64,000 bases of DNA from Oopsacas minuta (Eukaryota; Animalia; Porifera), in the NCBI GenBank assembly GCA_024704765.1, contig JAKMXF010000307.1, forward strand, positions 1 through 64,000, given 5' to 3'. The notes under the pieces are model-generated. The model was not told the origin of the DNA. It did not search any database and saw only the letters and a program-made list of their open reading frames with translations. Positions 60,350 to 64,000 of this stretch are shown here, in pieces. The translations under genes were made by a program, and so were the position numbers. Positions within the stretch are counted from its first letter, which is position 1. Each line of letters starts with the position of its first letter.

Positions 60350-63300
60350 TATATCTTTGTAATAACCCGGTCCCTGTACTAGGATATGTCGAATGTCGAG
60401 GCTGAAATGGTTATGGGAAAGAGAGAACCGACATTCCAACGAATTCAGATTTTAGATACGGACGAACCAACCCTATTGCTAGGTCGCATATTTATGCAGA
60501 AACTAGGGTCAGTAGAGTTTGACTTCAAGCGAGGACGTATCAAGCTGTGGAAGTACTGGACGGATATAGAAAATACAGTAGAAGGAATCACGCCCCTGAC
60601 CAGAGCGCAGATTGTCAAACGAGATGAAGAGCTTGACGAGTGTAGAAAGAAGTCTGCGGGAGAACTGCTAAGTCCGGATCGAGGAGATGGGCAAAGGGCA
60701 ATAGTTGAGAGTTAGACACAACAATACGAAGGAATCTTCTCTCGAAGTAGAGGACAACCCACTCGCACTAAACTAGACGTACATCACGCTATCATCACCG
60801 CTGACAATCCCCCACAGAGTAATAGGCCTCGTAGAATACGACCTAGTTGGGAAACACAGATAAACCGCCAGCTGATGAGATGACGCGTGCCAATCCACCA
60901 ATATGCAGACCTAGTAACTCACCGTAGAGTTCTGACGTAGTATTAGTAAAAAAGAAGGACAGTAGCCTTCGGATTGCCGTAGACTACCGACGCTTGAACA
61001 CGATAACGAAACGAGATCAATACAGCTTGCCTAATCCCCAATGTATCTTCGACAAACTGAAGGGTAGCAGAGTCTTTAGTAAGTTAGATATTCCTAGCGC
61101 ATATTGGACAGTACCGATCCGCGAACCAGATATTGAGAGGACAGTATTCCATACCCCGCGCGGCTTGTCCGAAATGATGGTGATACTGTTCGGTCTGAGG
61201 AATAGTCAGTCAACCTTTCAAAGACTTATGGACAGGACTTTGAGAGGAACTGCAAACGTCAAAAGATTCGTGGATGACATAATGATATTTTCCAACGGCT
61301 TCGAAGAGCATTTATCATACTTTTAAGATGTATTTCAACGCTTCGAGGTCGCGAGTCTGCAACTCAGGAAGGATAAGTGCAGGCTAGCCTATCAAAGAAT
61401 AGAATTCCTAGGGCACTGAATTTCAGAGGAAGGAAGAAGTCCTCTAGCAAGTTATGCCAAGAGTTAGCAATGCTTCCCCAGACCGAACAATGTCAAGGAA
61501 CTCCAGAGGTACCTTGGCATGGCAAACTACTACCGTTGTTACCTAAAGAACTTCTCAGTGGTGGCCGAACAGCTTTACGCTCTGACCTGGACAGGACATA
61601 AATGGTGCTGGGACGAACATTGCGAGCGTGCATTCAACGAACTAAGTAATCGGTTATTGAAAGAGCCCGTGATACTCACTTATCCGTGATGGAACGGGAG
61701 TTCCACATTGAAGCAGACCCTTGTGCAACTGGGGTCGGAGTGGTACTTGGACAGGTAGATGAGAAGACAAGGAAAGTCAGACCAATTGAGCATTTTTCCT
61801 CTTCCCTCACCCAAGGCAGTGGGTCAACTGATAGCATGGGTACCAAGTGTAGCAATATGTAAATGGGCTGTCTACCTAAAGGGATCGGTAGGAGTAGCCT
61901 ACATACATATCACTGTCCTTTGAATTGAACTCTGTCCCAAAGAGAACCCAAACCCACTTTTGCTCGATTGCTCATGGAACTACAAGGGTTATCATTGCGC
62001 ATAGAGACTCGACCTGGTAAGGATAACATTGTGGCCGACTATTTAAGCTTCAGACAAACGGAGAAATCGATGAGTACTTCAACGCTGAAGATAGTTTTGA
62101 AGAGAAGGTATTTCACATCCGTTCGAGAAAAGCTCTGCAACGCAAGATCGAAAGGGAACAGCGAGAGGATTCAGTAATTCGTGACTCCCTCTTCCAAATT
62201 CAGAGTGACGGAGGAGTAAGCAGGGGATGATTGAAGAGAGTCGAAGAAAAATTGAACATACAGAATGGAATACTTTTATTTGAAGATAGAATTGTCATAC
62301 CTCAACGATTACGCTTGAGATACTAGAAGCAGTACATTCCCAACATCATCTCGGAGTAAACGGAATCCTACTATTGCTCCGGAGCTCGTATTTCTGGATT
62401 AAAATGACTCGAGACACACGAGCATACTGTCGTGGATACCTCACTTGTCAGCGCACTAAACTTACGAACATGGGGAAGGAACCAGTTCAGGAGATAGATA
62501 TGAGTAAGAGCATTCCAGGTTACGCGGTGGGATCGATGTAGGTTCTCTGCCTTAGGCAGAAGGAGGTTATCGTTACTTCCTCTTGATGGTAGACCTCTTC
62601 AGCAGATACGTGGAGCTATTCCCGCTGGCGGACCAGGAGACTAGTAGTTTAGTGAATGCCTTTAAGCAAGGGTGGATATGCAGAGGACACAGTGTACCAA
62701 CAAGAATTCTAAGCGATCAAGGAAGCAGTATAGAAGGGGAATAATTCAAAGAGTTCTGCCGATCTCTAGGGATAGAGAAAAGAGAACCACACCATATCAC
62801 CCTAAAACAGATAGGATTGCCGAACGTAACATAGGGATGATTAAACAAGTAATTCGTTGCCTACAACTAGATCGAAGACTTCCAAAAGGATCATGGCCTT
62901 CCCTACTAACGGAAGCATCTTTTCATCGTAATGGAATGACTAATGGTACAAGTAGTGTCTCCCCTCACATGCTAGTTCGCGGACAGCAACCACGATCCCC
63001 CATGGACTCTTGGTACGATACGCTCAAGGAAGGGGGAACGAATTCCTATGAAGAATATTTAAGTTCCCTCAAATTGAAACAGGAGACGCTGCGCCAAATC
63101 GCACAAGAGAATGCTGTTGAAATCTAGAGAGAGTACGGAAATAGAAATCGGAGGAGAACCACTTCAGCACATCCAAGGCGGTGACTACATGATGCTCAAA
63201 AAGAACATGTTGTAAGACTCGTTGGCCCCACGCTCTGAAGGACTTTATTCCGTAGTCAGGCGAAAAGGACCCAATGTCGAGATTCGCTTAGCAACTCGTG

Positions 63301-63506
63301 AGAAATGGGTCCACCTAAACTATTGCAAGGAATACGTTGATGACCAACCAGTTGTTGTTCAAATAGAATGAATATTAGGAATGATAATCATTCCTTAAAC
63401 GAAGAACTTGTGGCGGGAGGTGAAGACTACCATCACGTGCAGTCCGACCACGAAGACGATACCGAAGAAAGAACAAATGAAGCAAGGTATGAAGACCCCG
63501 GGGTGA
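60350..63506 (+). mobile_element. Ty3/gypsy LTR retrotransposon pol region (protease end, RT, RNase H, integrase), 5'-truncated and frameshifted
   Basis: LLLGRIF, KKDSSLRIAVDYRRLN, FGLRNSQSTFQRLM..FVDDIMIFS, EADPCATGVG, PGKDNIVADYLS, YFWIKM..CRGYLTC, DLFSRYVE, ILSDQGS, TTPYHPKTDRIAERNI. The order RT-RH-INT is that of Ty3/gypsy. Confidence 0.95.
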
Positions 63507-63792
63507 TGTTATGGTTAGTTCACTAAAGCACCCTCAGTGGGTGGTCTCCCCTATTTATAGGCCCAATTCTTTAGTTTAAATTACTTAGTATAAATACATA
63601 AAACTGTAAATTTAGCTAGTTTCCTAGATACCTATATTCACTTGTGTTTCTCTTTCTTTTTAAAACAAGCTCATTCGTAATTGACTTAACAGACGTATCA
63701 CCTTTTCCACCGTTCGAAAGCTCTCGAAGGCCAGGTACATCGAACTTTGTGGGAGCTTGCCCGAGGTTAGCCAGGCTACGCTATCCTTAACA
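63507..63792 (+). repeat. LTR (286 bp) of the gypsy element
   Basis: TGTTA...TAACA termini, preceded by a purine/G-rich tract at the end of the internal region and followed by TGG. Confidence 0.75.
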
Positions 63793-63810
63793 TGGTAAGT
63801 CCAGATAATG
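63793..63810 (+). promoter_or_regulatory. Candidate primer-binding site directly after the LTR
   Basis: TGGTAAGTCCAGATAATG begins with TGG, the complement of tRNA CCA. The cognate tRNA was not identified. Confidence 0.45.
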
Positions 63811-64000
63811 GAAACTCTACCTGCAACACCACAGCCCCAGTTGCGAATATCATCACTCTACCATCCCAAGTGTATTGCGAGAAAGCCGCACAGACGAGTC
63901 TACCCTAAGACTAAATACACCATGGAATCAGATACAAGATTCTTATCTAATTTATATTTTTAAATGTGTCCTTGTTTGTACCCGTTTGGGTTCCGTTCCT

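Noticed and set aside
60000-60350. 5' LTR and gag of the gypsy element
   Set aside because: No copy of 63507-63792 and no gag-like frame precede the protease fragment; the element is 5'-truncated.
1-64000. tRNA, rRNA or other structured RNA genes
   Set aside because: No cloverleaf with A/B boxes or conserved rRNA segments was noticed by eye; a covariance-model scan would be needed to exclude them.

Overview
AT-rich eukaryotic DNA, probably from an invertebrate animal; the species cannot be determined from the sequence. Most of the window is decayed and often nested transposable elements. Superfamilies present: MULE (x2), pogo, Tc1/mariner (DD34E x2, DD37D x2, DD41D, DD37E), hAT (x3), Merlin (x2), a long-TIR P/Galileo-like element, Ginger-type elements, AcademX-like remnants, Chapaev3, several MITEs and a Ty3/gypsy retroelement. 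Almost all transposase frames carry stops or frameshifts. The most notable feature is a 3345-bp RAG1-like/Transib transposon (14388-17732). It has exact RSS-heptamer (CACAGTG) ends, a perfect 5-bp TSD, the RAG1-type D/D/E core, an NBD-like region and a CTT*-like CCHC tail, but no RAG2-like gene. Other points of interest are RING domains inside two different DNA transposons, an OTU protease remnant, a Merlin element with 608-bp near-perfect TIRs, and two orphan intronless ORFs that are the only long stop-free non-TE frames. No rRNA, tRNA or CRISPR array was seen. All alignments and family assignments were made by eye, without database searches.
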